From an uncultured cyanobacterium (GTDB lineage Bacteria > Cyanobacteriota > Cyanobacteriia > Pseudanabaenales > Pseudanabaenaceae): 64,000 nt of DNA. The notes beneath the pieces were generated by a model. The model ran no database searches and was not told the origin of the DNA. It was given only the letters and a program-made list of their open reading frames with translations. The stretch is taken from NCBI GenBank assembly GCA_963703315.1, contig OY969811.1:1024001-1088000 (forward strand), in the 5' to 3' direction. The position numbers were made by a program, and so were the translations under genes. How positions within the stretch are numbered: position 1 is the first letter of the stretch; every line of letters begins with the position of its first letter. Shown in pieces: positions 20,894 through 29,078 of the stretch.

Positions 20894-21754
20894 ATGAGTT
20901 TATCCATGATTGAAAGTTTACCAATTTTATTAAGTATAGTTTTTACGATCGCCTCACCTAATAACGCACAAACTCTCGCTCAAAAAACTGATACTACTCC
21001 CAAAATCACATTTCAATCACAGTTTTCGCGAAATCTTGATAAAAATTTCCAAGAAGCAAAATCTGAGGGTTGTTTTGTTTTGTATGACTTGAAGCGCGAT
21101 CGCTATATTCGCTATAACCCTAAGCGCTGTCAAAAGCGATTTATCCCTGCATCGACATTTAAGATATTTAACTCATTGGTTGCCCTAGAAACTAAAGCGA
21201 TCGCCGATGAAAACACAGTAATTGCATGGGATGGAGTCAACCGTCGATTTCCTTTGTGGAATCAAGATCAAAATCTGCGAACCGCTTTTACGCGATCGGT
21301 AGTTTGGTTTTATCAAGATTTAGCACGAAGGATTGGTACTGAAAGGATGACTAAGTATATCCAATTTGCTAATTATGGCAATCAAGATATCGCGGATAAG
21401 ATTGATTCTTTTTGGCTAAATGGCAAGCTCAGAATTTCACCAGAGGAACAAATAAAGTTTTTAGTCAGACTTTATCAAGAAGATTTGCCTTTCTCTTCTG
21501 CGGTGATGAAGACGGTTAAAGACATCATGATCATTGAGCGTCAAGATAGTTACACCCTTAGAGGTAAAACTGGCTGGGCTACAGATGTTGAAGGTGTAAA
21601 AAATATTGCTTGGTATGTTGGTTATCTGGAAAGAGATAACAATGTTTATTTCTATGCCTTAAATTTTGAAAATCAAGATCCTAATTTTGACCTGATTCCT
21701 ATTCGTAAAAAGATTTTATTTGATACTTTTAAAGATTTACAACTTGTCGATTAA
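20894..21754 (+). CDS. Class D (OXA-type) beta-lactamase / penicillin-binding protein
   Basis: PASTFKI (SxxK), SVVWFYQ (SxV), YGN, FWL, KTG motifs; hydrophobic N-terminus. Confidence 0.88.
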   Translation: MSLSMIESLPILLSIVFTIASPNNAQTLAQKTDTTPKITFQSQFSRNLDKNFQEAKSEGCFVLYDLKRDRYIRYNPKRCQKRFIPASTFKIFNSLVALETKAIADENTVIAWDGVNRRFPLWNQDQNLRTAFTRSVVWFYQDLARRIGTERMTKYIQFANYGNQDIADKIDSFWLNGKLRISPEEQIKFLVRLYQEDLPFSSAVMKTVKDIMIIERQDSYTLRGKTGWATDVEGVKNIAWYVGYLERDNNVYFYALNFENQDPNFDLIPIRKKILFDTFKDLQLVD

Positions 21755-21842
21755 AAAATCTATGGCACACGCTGCGCGTGTGTCATAGCTAAGTTAGATT
21801 TAGAGGTGTGACATCACAAAGTGATGTCACACCTCTTAGGTT

Positions 21843-23351
21843 TTAAGCCAATTTATCAGCAATCAATTTATTAGTTGATTGGGGTTCGGCACGTCCTTGA
21901 GTTTGCTTCATCACCTTACCAACAAAAAAGCCTAAAAGCTTAGTCTTACCAGCCTTGTACTGCTCGACTTCTTTAGGATTAGCGGCGATCACTTCATCAA
22001 TGATTTTCTCTAATTCTGCACCTGCGAGAACAGTTAGCCCCTTAGATGCAACCAAATCTTTGACGGAGCCACCTTTGACGATTAATTCAGGCAAAATATC
22101 CTTAGCAATTTTGCTGCTGATTGTGCCGTCAGAAATGAGCATTATCATTTCTCCTAAAATCGCAGGAGTCAGAGCGATGTCCGCAATTTTGAGTTTGTTC
22201 TCATTCAGGTAGGCGGTAATGTCGCCCATCACCCAGTTAAAGACTTGCTTTGGTTCTGCATCTGTGAGAATCGTGGCATCAAAGAACTCAGCAATACTGC
22301 GATCGTCCGCAATCAAAGCGGCATCGTAGGGAGTCAAGCCAAACTCATTGCGATAGCGATGACGTTGCGCCGCAGGTAGCGTGGGAAGTTCTGAACGATA
22401 GCGTTCTAGGGTGCTTAATGGAACCTCGATCGCCATTAGGTCTGGCTCAGGGAAATAGCGATAGTCACTGGCTCCTTCTTTGGAACGCATACTAATCGTG
22501 CGTTGAGAATTTTCTTCCCAAAGACGAGTTTCTTGTTTGATTGTTTCACTACCAGATTCGATCGCTTCTACTTGACGATTAATTTCAAAATCGATTGCCC
22601 GTTGAATTGCATTGAAGGAATTCATGTTTTTGATTTCCACCTTCGTGCCGAACTGCTCGCGCCCAACGGGTCGCACAGAAATATTCACATCACAACGTAG
22701 CGAACCTTCTTGCATATTGCCATCGCAAACACCGAGATAGCGCATAATCCGTCGTAGTTCTTGGGCATAAGCGGCTGCCTCTGCACCCGATCGCATATCT
22801 GGTTCAGAGACAATTTCACATAGAGGCACACCTGTACGATTGAAATCTACTAGCGAGTGACTGGAACCTGAAAGGCGATCGCTACCGCCATGTACTAACT
22901 TGCCTGCATCTTCTTCCATGTGCAAGCGAGTAATGCCAATGCGTTTGGTCGTGCCATCTTCCAATTGGATTTCGAGCCAACCATGCTCAGCGATCGGCAA
23001 ATCGTATTGTGAGACTTGATAGTTTTTGGGAAGATCGGGATAAAAATATTGTTTGCGATCAAATTTGCTATGGGGGGCAATTTGACAATTTAAGGCGAGT
23101 CCAGCTTTGACTGCATATTCCAAAACTTTTTCGTTCAGCACAGGCAACACCCCCGGCATTCCTAGACAAACAGGGCAAACATTGGTATTTGGGGTTGCGC
23201 CAAACTGGGTTGAACAGTTACAAAATATCTTGGAGTTCGTGGTCAACTGGCAGTGAGTTTCTAGTCCAATGACAGCTTCGTATTGTGTTTTGGTTGTTGT
23301 CTTGGTGGCGGTTGCAGTCATAACGGGTGCTTTTGAGATGCTTTTTGGCAA
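21843..23351 (-). CDS. gatB: Asp/Glu-tRNA amidotransferase subunit B (start may be MTATATK)
   Basis: IGLETHCQL, FDRKQYFYPDLPKNYQ, HMEEDAGK, GSLRCDVNISVR, DYRYFPEPDL. Confidence 0.98.
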   Translation of the reverse strand: MPKSISKAPVMTATATKTTTKTQYEAVIGLETHCQLTTNSKIFCNCSTQFGATPNTNVCPVCLGMPGVLPVLNEKVLEYAVKAGLALNCQIAPHSKFDRKQYFYPDLPKNYQVSQYDLPIAEHGWLEIQLEDGTTKRIGITRLHMEEDAGKLVHGGSDRLSGSSHSLVDFNRTGVPLCEIVSEPDMRSGAEAAAYAQELRRIMRYLGVCDGNMQEGSLRCDVNISVRPVGREQFGTKVEIKNMNSFNAIQRAIDFEINRQVEAIESGSETIKQETRLWEENSQRTISMRSKEGASDYRYFPEPDLMAIEVPLSTLERYRSELPTLPAAQRHRYRNEFGLTPYDAALIADDRSIAEFFDATILTDAEPKQVFNWVMGDITAYLNENKLKIADIALTPAILGEMIMLISDGTISSKIAKDILPELIVKGGSVKDLVASKGLTVLAGAELEKIIDEVIAANPKEVEQYKAGKTKLLGFFVGKVMKQTQGRAEPQSTNKLIADKLA

Positions 23352-23488
23352 ATATATCTAGTGCGTTAAATTGTAATGCTTTTAACTACAATCTTGCTTA
23401 ACTATTATAGCGATCGCGCTTACTCGTAATGCGTCCACATCCTGATTATTTTAAGTTTTTGCTGTGAAAAATTACTAAAAGTGGGCTA

Positions 23489-24004
23489 TTAATCAAATAA
23501 GAATGGTTTGACAAATAAAATCATCCGCTTTAGTTCCTCTTCGTTATGTTTGAGAAGATTATGTCCCCATGTTCTATTTGTATTTTCAGCACAATCTTTA
23601 GCAAGAGATTCTCCAATTGATTCAAAACTTAGTTTCATTTCACTTCTTAACTTCTCTGGTGCAGTCCGCGATCCAAGAATAAATACCCGTTCTTGTAAAT
23701 CCTCTGGAACTTGGCTCTTGATATAACTCAATCGCTCTTGATAGTTCGATTTATTTGGATCATTATAATCATCAAAATCAATAAGCAAGACTATCATCCT
23801 TTTTGTAAATATTCGCATTGCAGAAACATGATTCTTTGTGAAATTATCTACAACTTTTCCCCATCCACCAGATGGGCGCTCAACCTGAATCGCTCTGGAA
23901 TAAAGATCGAGAATATTATTGAATCCGTTAGCAATTTCCTCATTAGCACGGTCTTCGGGTAGCACCAGAATATGTTGAACATATGGATTATTTTTATTTC
24001 TCAT
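23489..24004 (-). CDS. Hypothetical partner of the AAA ATPase (possibly TOPRIM-like)
   Basis: LVLPED ... GGWGKV ... LLIDFDD acidic motifs; 4-nt overlap with the ATPase gene. Confidence 0.6.
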   Translation of the reverse strand: MRNKNNPYVQHILVLPEDRANEEIANGFNNILDLYSRAIQVERPSGGWGKVVDNFTKNHVSAMRIFTKRMIVLLIDFDDYNDPNKSNYQERLSYIKSQVPEDLQERVFILGSRTAPEKLRSEMKLSFESIGESLAKDCAENTNRTWGHNLLKHNEEELKRMILFVKPFLFD

Positions 24005-25164
24005 AATTCTATGTCGCCACGAATCAACGTATCTACAAGATCGCCATTGATAGGGATATCGCTAAGCATCCTAATTAATGTTGGTTCTAAATGACTTTTG
24101 CGATCAAGTATAAAGGTGTTTTCATTGGAGAACTTGCGGATTGCTTCTTCATTATGCGAAGTTACTAAAATCTGACCACTATTCTTAAATGAGCGTCGTA
24201 AGGTTGTAATAAAATGCCCTACCTCTGATAGAGAAAGATAGTTGTCAGGCTCATCCCAGAAACAAAAAGGCTCATAGTACTTATTTGCGGCTAGGACGAC
24301 AGCACAGAGAAAAAAGCATTTTTCCCCATCCGATAAATCTTTAAAATCAACACTCAGTTCTGCATTATTTGCTTCAAACCGAACAATCATGTTTTTAGCA
24401 TCTTTGCCGATCTTTTCGTTCTGAAAATCTTCAATATCAGGCATAACTTCTCGAAGATATCTATCAGCTTGCGTGTAAGCGGCGGGGTAACGACTAAGTA
24501 ATCCAGAGAACCATTCCCCAAAATTTGAACCATCTCGCTTTGGCTCCAAAGTTTCACCACTAGACTCTCCTGTCATCAAGCTTGGAATTGGAGCTAAAAT
24601 GATCATGCGAGATAGCCAATTCCTGAAAATATAAAGTGGATCTTTCTCTGATTGCACCTGAATTAATGGAAGAGCTACAAGATGCCAATCCGCTTGAAAC
24701 ATAAATTGGCTAGGCAATGGCAATTGGTTAGACAAACTGGCCATCCGATAGCCTTGAGATGTCCGAGATTGAATATTGTTAGGGAAAAGTTTGACTTGGG
24801 CTGCTTCACGCAAATAAACTGGATTTCCTGCAACGAGTAATTGTTCTTCAAATACACAAATTTCTTTGGAATTATCTGACAACGCGAATGCAAGAACGTA
24901 CTTGTATAATTGATCTTTAAGTAATACTTCTATTTCAAACCGAATTGGAACATCATACCTACCGCGATTAAAGTCATTAGTCTGTATAAGTTGACCAACT
25001 CTATTGATACCACGACCAATACTTTGTAATATTTCTAATGCAAAAGCAATAGTCGATTTACCTGCACCATTTTTGCCAATTAGAAGAGACGAGGGGAGAT
25101 CCTTTAAATTTAACTCAAAGTTCTCCAAGCATCTGAAATTATGTACATATAGTCTTTGAAGCAT
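24001..25164 (-). CDS. AAA_21/AbiEii-like ABC-type ATPase (probable start MLQRLYV at 25164)
   Basis: NFRCL, GKNGAGKST Walker A, LSDGEK signature, WDEPDNYL Walker B/D-loop, VTSHN. Confidence 0.85.
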   Translation of the reverse strand: MLQRLYVHNFRCLENFELNLKDLPSSLLIGKNGAGKSTIAFALEILQSIGRGINRVGQLIQTNDFNRGRYDVPIRFEIEVLLKDQLYKYVLAFALSDNSKEICVFEEQLLVAGNPVYLREAAQVKLFPNNIQSRTSQGYRMASLSNQLPLPSQFMFQADWHLVALPLIQVQSEKDPLYIFRNWLSRMIILAPIPSLMTGESSGETLEPKRDGSNFGEWFSGLLSRYPAAYTQADRYLREVMPDIEDFQNEKIGKDAKNMIVRFEANNAELSVDFKDLSDGEKCFFLCAVVLAANKYYEPFCFWDEPDNYLSLSEVGHFITTLRRSFKNSGQILVTSHNEEAIRKFSNENTFILDRKSHLEPTLIRMLSDIPINGDLVDTLIRGDIEL

Positions 25165-25240
25165 AAAAAACTTTTCCGATAAAGCCGAATGAGTATTAAA
25201 GTATTTTACAAGATCGGCGATCGCGCCATAATTTCCCAAT

Positions 25241-25489
25241 TCACCATTCTAATGTCTCACTACATTCACTAATGGGAGTAGCTAAACCTTCCACAATTGA
25301 AGCTCCCACTTCGGGAATTGAGAGTAAATAGATTGTTTCTTGAATACCTTTCCAATCTTCTTCGGAGACTAGGAAAGCATTAGAGGTAGTTCCTGAAATT
25401 AGGATAGGCTCATGAGACTGTGTAACTTCATTTATCAGATCTTGGAGTTTCACTTGAGCTTCGGTGAAAGGTACTATTGACATTAGCAA
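25241..25489 (-). CDS. Phd/YefM-family antitoxin (no intact cognate toxin)
   Basis: LQDLINEVTQSHEPILI...AFLVSEEDWKGIQETIYLLSIP...IVEGLATP. Confidence 0.88.
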   Translation of the reverse strand: MLMSIVPFTEAQVKLQDLINEVTQSHEPILISGTTSNAFLVSEEDWKGIQETIYLLSIPEVGASIVEGLATPISECSETLEW

Positions 25490-25532
25490 ATTTTTTTGAC
25501 TTGTATATTAGGAGTGTGTTCTTACAGAAAAT

Positions 25533-26243
25533 TTATTGCGGTTGAATGTTTTTCATAATTTCCTGTTTCCAAACATCAAATGTAGTTTCCCTCAATTCGT
25601 CTGGAGCATATGGATTTAGCTGATGCTCTCTAAATTGAATCCAAAGATAAAAATCTTTCATAACACTAAAATGTGTATCAATTATTTCGCCAATAGGTAT
25701 TGTTCTATTATTCTTGATATACTCTTTCACATTTGAAGACCAATTGAAATCTTCAATATTTTGAGAATAAAACTCAAATGAGAAGCCTCCTTGAAACGAA
25801 GGACTTTCTGATTCTAATAAAGAATCATCTATTCTGACCATCTTAAATTGCAGTGTCGGAATTGGGACTTTTTTATGTTGTACATATCTACGCAAATCTT
25901 TGATAAAAGTGTTTTCAAAAGTATTTTTTAATTGGCTAGATAGTTTGTCTTCATACTCAGTGGCAAATTTTTGAATTTCAGCTAAATTATTTCCCTTTAA
26001 TTTTTCATTAACTCTACGACTATGATCTACAAGGGACAACCAAGCTGCCGCATAGTTATGTATAAGGCGAGCTATTTCACGACCACCACCTATATGTAAA
26101 TTTATTTGTCTCTCACCATCAAATAAAAATTCATCACTATTTGTAGCTTCGGCATATATCTCAAGTGTTCTTTTAAAATCTATGTAGTTACCTTCAAAAA
26201 TGTAGAAGCTATAAAAAATAACTGAGAAAAAGTTTTCTTCCAT
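25533..26243 (-). CDS. Hypothetical protein (HEPN-like motif; N-terminus uncertain)
   Basis: AT-rich ORF; RLIHNY...SLVDHSR and DLRRYVQH (Rx4H-like) motifs. Confidence 0.5.
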   Translation of the reverse strand: MEENFFSVIFYSFYIFEGNYIDFKRTLEIYAEATNSDEFLFDGERQINLHIGGGREIARLIHNYAAAWLSLVDHSRRVNEKLKGNNLAEIQKFATEYEDKLSSQLKNTFENTFIKDLRRYVQHKKVPIPTLQFKMVRIDDSLLESESPSFQGGFSFEFYSQNIEDFNWSSNVKEYIKNNRTIPIGEIIDTHFSVMKDFYLWIQFREHQLNPYAPDELRETTFDVWKQEIMKNIQPQ

Positions 26244-26473
26244 TTGGCTATCCTCAAAATCAATTTATACTCACGACTGTTTATAGATTATTTCTTCCAT
26301 ACGAGCGATCGCACTCAAATTTAAACTTCTCCTTGCTGGGAATAATTTGACTGCACCCATTCACGAAATTATTCTAGGATTTTACTTTCGTCTAAGAGCG
26401 ATCGCCTTTTTTAGCAATTATGTTTAGAGATTAGAAGCTGCGAGTCTCTTTGCTCGTTCTCTGAGACTACAAC

Positions 26474-26584
26474 GTTTCCAATCAATCGAGTCACCTAGTG
26501 AGTAAGGAATAGAGCCACGTCTTTTTTGCTGCTCCTTAAGGACACGGCGTTTCCAATTGAGTGAGTCATTTAGTGAATAGGGTG
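26474..26584 (-). CRISPR. Degenerate orphan CRISPR-like mini-array: 2 repeats and 1 spacer, with a possible third decayed repeat at ~26622
   Basis: GTTTCCAATCAATCGAGTCACCTAGTGAGTAAGG and GTTTCCAATTGAGTGAGTCATTTAGTGAATAGGG (26/34 identical), period 75 nt; on the minus strand the repeats end ATTGGAAAC; no cas genes in the window. Confidence 0.55.
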
Positions 26585-26683
26585 CATAGCTGATGGGATA
26601 TCTCAATATTTTACTCATGGTTTTTCCAAATTAGTTGAGCTAGGCTGGTTGATAAGTCTTGAAACTATTTTAGCTTGTAAATC

Positions 26684-26740
26684 AAAAACCAAGAAGCGAG
26701 TTGCGACACAAAGCGCCGCCACTCGCCTCTTGGTTTTTTT
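26684..26740. repeat. Hairpin core of the MITE family
   Basis: AAAAACCAAGAAGCGAGTTGCGACAC-AAA-GCGCCGCCACTCGCCTCTTGGTTTTT. Confidence 0.65.
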
Positions 26741-26831
26741 GATGGCGATCGCGATAGAATAGACTTGAGACTACCTACAAGCGACAAAATTAAAATCTCT
26801 ATAATTTCGCTTTTGTCATAATAGTAGACCC

Positions 26832-28124
26832 ATGAGTTACTCACCTGCGGAACCAAATATTCTGAGCCGTCGCTACGAACTACCGACTTGTCTGCTAGAG
26901 GTCTGGGCAGAGCGATCGCCTCTATCGGATTGGCAATCTCAAATCGTGGCTCAAAATTTGCGCTTTCGATTGCAGTTAGACCATAACCGCAAAATTATTA
27001 AGGGTAATCAACAACAAATCGTCAACTTGATTGAAGCAGTCACCGCATACTGCGATCGCTGGATTGCTCAAGATAGTTTTGACTCTCTCAATCATGCTAT
27101 CGAAGTTCCCAAACTACCAAAACTCAGGCTCTCAACTTTACAATTATTTGACCTATACGAAAGTCTAGAACTCTGTGCTAGCGAATTAGTGATTTTGCCT
27201 AACTTAGTTCTGGAGGTGCGTCGTTTTAGTCCCAACTGGCTAAAAATCATTGCAGGTGCGATCGCCATAGTGGGAATCAGCTTTGGGGCAATTCGGATGA
27301 TTTCCCGTGATCAGCCTAGTTTTCAAGTTGCTTCTACTCCCGCCGCTTCATCTCCTGAACAAGCGAATAGTCTTCCACCCAATAACTTAGAAAGATCAGA
27401 AAGCACTGCTAAAGAACCTGCAAGAATTGCTGATTCTTCAAAATCTGCAAATGCCCCAACTGCTCCTAAGATGGCGATACCAGCAAAGCCTAACGCTTCT
27501 ATTCCCAATTCTAATTCTCCACAGCCTTCTCAAAATATTGATCGCGAAGGTAAAAAACGTGAAGGCATGGATAAAGTAGCGATCGCTCCAGATACAACTA
27601 ATACGACCGAGACTTATTCACGTAACGATCAAAAAACTGCACCTCAGCAACTTCCCTCTATTATTGGCGGTGTAGCCAGTTCATCATCACGCCAATCAAG
27701 ACCTTTAGAATCTCCCAACAAAGATGCTTTGTCATCACCAGAAGTTAACACCGAAATGGCAAAGCCATCGCCTTCTAGTCCGACAAAAATCATAGTTCCT
27801 TCTGCTGTTATGCGTTCTCGTAATGCTGATGTTGTGGGGACTACGAATATTAAAGTTCTCCAGATCCAAACAGAATTGCCCTCAGATGTTTCTACATCTT
27901 TAGTGCGTTATATCCAACTACAACCTATTCAGAAATCTGCAACAGGCGTGATCGTTTTAGATCTAGAGATGTCAGGCGATCGCATTCTGAATATAGCAAC
28001 CGACGATCAAGGCTCAACCTTAAAGGATGAAAAGGCGATCGCCGACTTAGAAAAACTAATTCGGGCATGGCGATCTCCGCATCCAGTCACAGGCAAAATT
28101 CGCTTAGTCTTGCAACTTTTGTAA
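26832..28124 (+). CDS. DUF4335-like cyanobacterial membrane protein
   Basis: RRYELPTCLLEV...SPLSDW, LSTLQLFDLYESL, a single TM segment and a low-complexity P/S-rich linker. Confidence 0.7.
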   Translation: MSYSPAEPNILSRRYELPTCLLEVWAERSPLSDWQSQIVAQNLRFRLQLDHNRKIIKGNQQQIVNLIEAVTAYCDRWIAQDSFDSLNHAIEVPKLPKLRLSTLQLFDLYESLELCASELVILPNLVLEVRRFSPNWLKIIAGAIAIVGISFGAIRMISRDQPSFQVASTPAASSPEQANSLPPNNLERSESTAKEPARIADSSKSANAPTAPKMAIPAKPNASIPNSNSPQPSQNIDREGKKREGMDKVAIAPDTTNTTETYSRNDQKTAPQQLPSIIGGVASSSSRQSRPLESPNKDALSSPEVNTEMAKPSPSSPTKIIVPSAVMRSRNADVVGTTNIKVLQIQTELPSDVSTSLVRYIQLQPIQKSATGVIVLDLEMSGDRILNIATDDQGSTLKDEKAIADLEKLIRAWRSPHPVTGKIRLVLQLL

Positions 28125-28194
28125 GTAGCTAGTTGCAATGAAATATAAAGTGGGATGGGCATATTGCCCATCAAAATCCTAGAAGCCTGTTCTA

Positions 28195-29040
28195 CTAATC
28201 TTTCTGAAGAGACTCCAAACGTTTTATGTCAGTAATATCTCGGATTGTCACCGTAAAGCCATCTCCTAACTTAACTAAAGTGACTTGATACCAACCCGTA
28301 GGTTCTAAAGAGTAGTATAGTTCTTCGTCATAGGAAGCGCCTGTCTCCACGACCTTGACCAACTCTGCAAATAGTTGGGGATTAAATCTTTCGAGAAATC
28401 TTCTGAGAACTAATTTGCCAATTAAATCTTCGCGGCTACGATCTAAAAGGCGGGCAATCACGGGATTTACCACAAGACATCGAAAGTCCATAATGTCTCC
28501 CGTATTGGGATCACGGACGGCTTGCATTGCCGCAATTCCATCCTTGATGCTATTAAGAACACTCGTAACTAATGCTCTAGATTGATATAGCATTTCCTCA
28601 GTTTCTTTATGTCTAGCAATTTCGCTTTGCAGGGCAATCTTTTGACGTTGAATTGTTAGTTGATTCTCTAGACGCACTACCACCTCTTCACTTTGAAATG
28701 GCTTAGAAATATAGTCAACTCCCCCTGACCAAAAAGCCTTGACCTTATCAAAGACATCATCTAAGGCGCTGATAAAAATTACGGGAATATCTCGCAAATC
28801 TTCATCCTCTTTGAGGGCTTGACAGACTTGATAGCCATCCATTTCTGGCATTTTAATGTCCAAGAGAATCAGATCTGGACGTTTTGCTTTTGCCGTTTTT
28901 AGAGCCATCCGTCCACTAGTGACACTACGGACGGTATATCCAAGAGTAAGCAATAAATCACTAAGTAGTTGTAAATTTTCGGGTAAATCGTCTACTAAAA
29001 GGATATTGCCTGTTAGTTCCAGCGAGGGATTGTAGCTCAT
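28195..29040 (-). CDS. Response regulator (REC + PAS-like, no output domain)
   Basis: ILLVDDLPENL, LDIKMPEMDG, DYISKPF; C-terminal PAS-like region ending TIRDITD. Confidence 0.85.
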   Translation of the reverse strand: MSYNPSLELTGNILLVDDLPENLQLLSDLLLTLGYTVRSVTSGRMALKTAKAKRPDLILLDIKMPEMDGYQVCQALKEDEDLRDIPVIFISALDDVFDKVKAFWSGGVDYISKPFQSEEVVVRLENQLTIQRQKIALQSEIARHKETEEMLYQSRALVTSVLNSIKDGIAAMQAVRDPNTGDIMDFRCLVVNPVIARLLDRSREDLIGKLVLRRFLERFNPQLFAELVKVVETGASYDEELYYSLEPTGWYQVTLVKLGDGFTVTIRDITDIKRLESLQKD

Positions 29041-29078
29041 GGATTAATTTTGCAGCTTGCAAGGAGCGCCGAGCGCTA

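Noticed and set aside
26424..26618. 64-aa ORF with an internal repeat (YSLxDSxxWKR)
   Set aside because: The peptide repeat simply reflects the two CRISPR-like DNA repeats.
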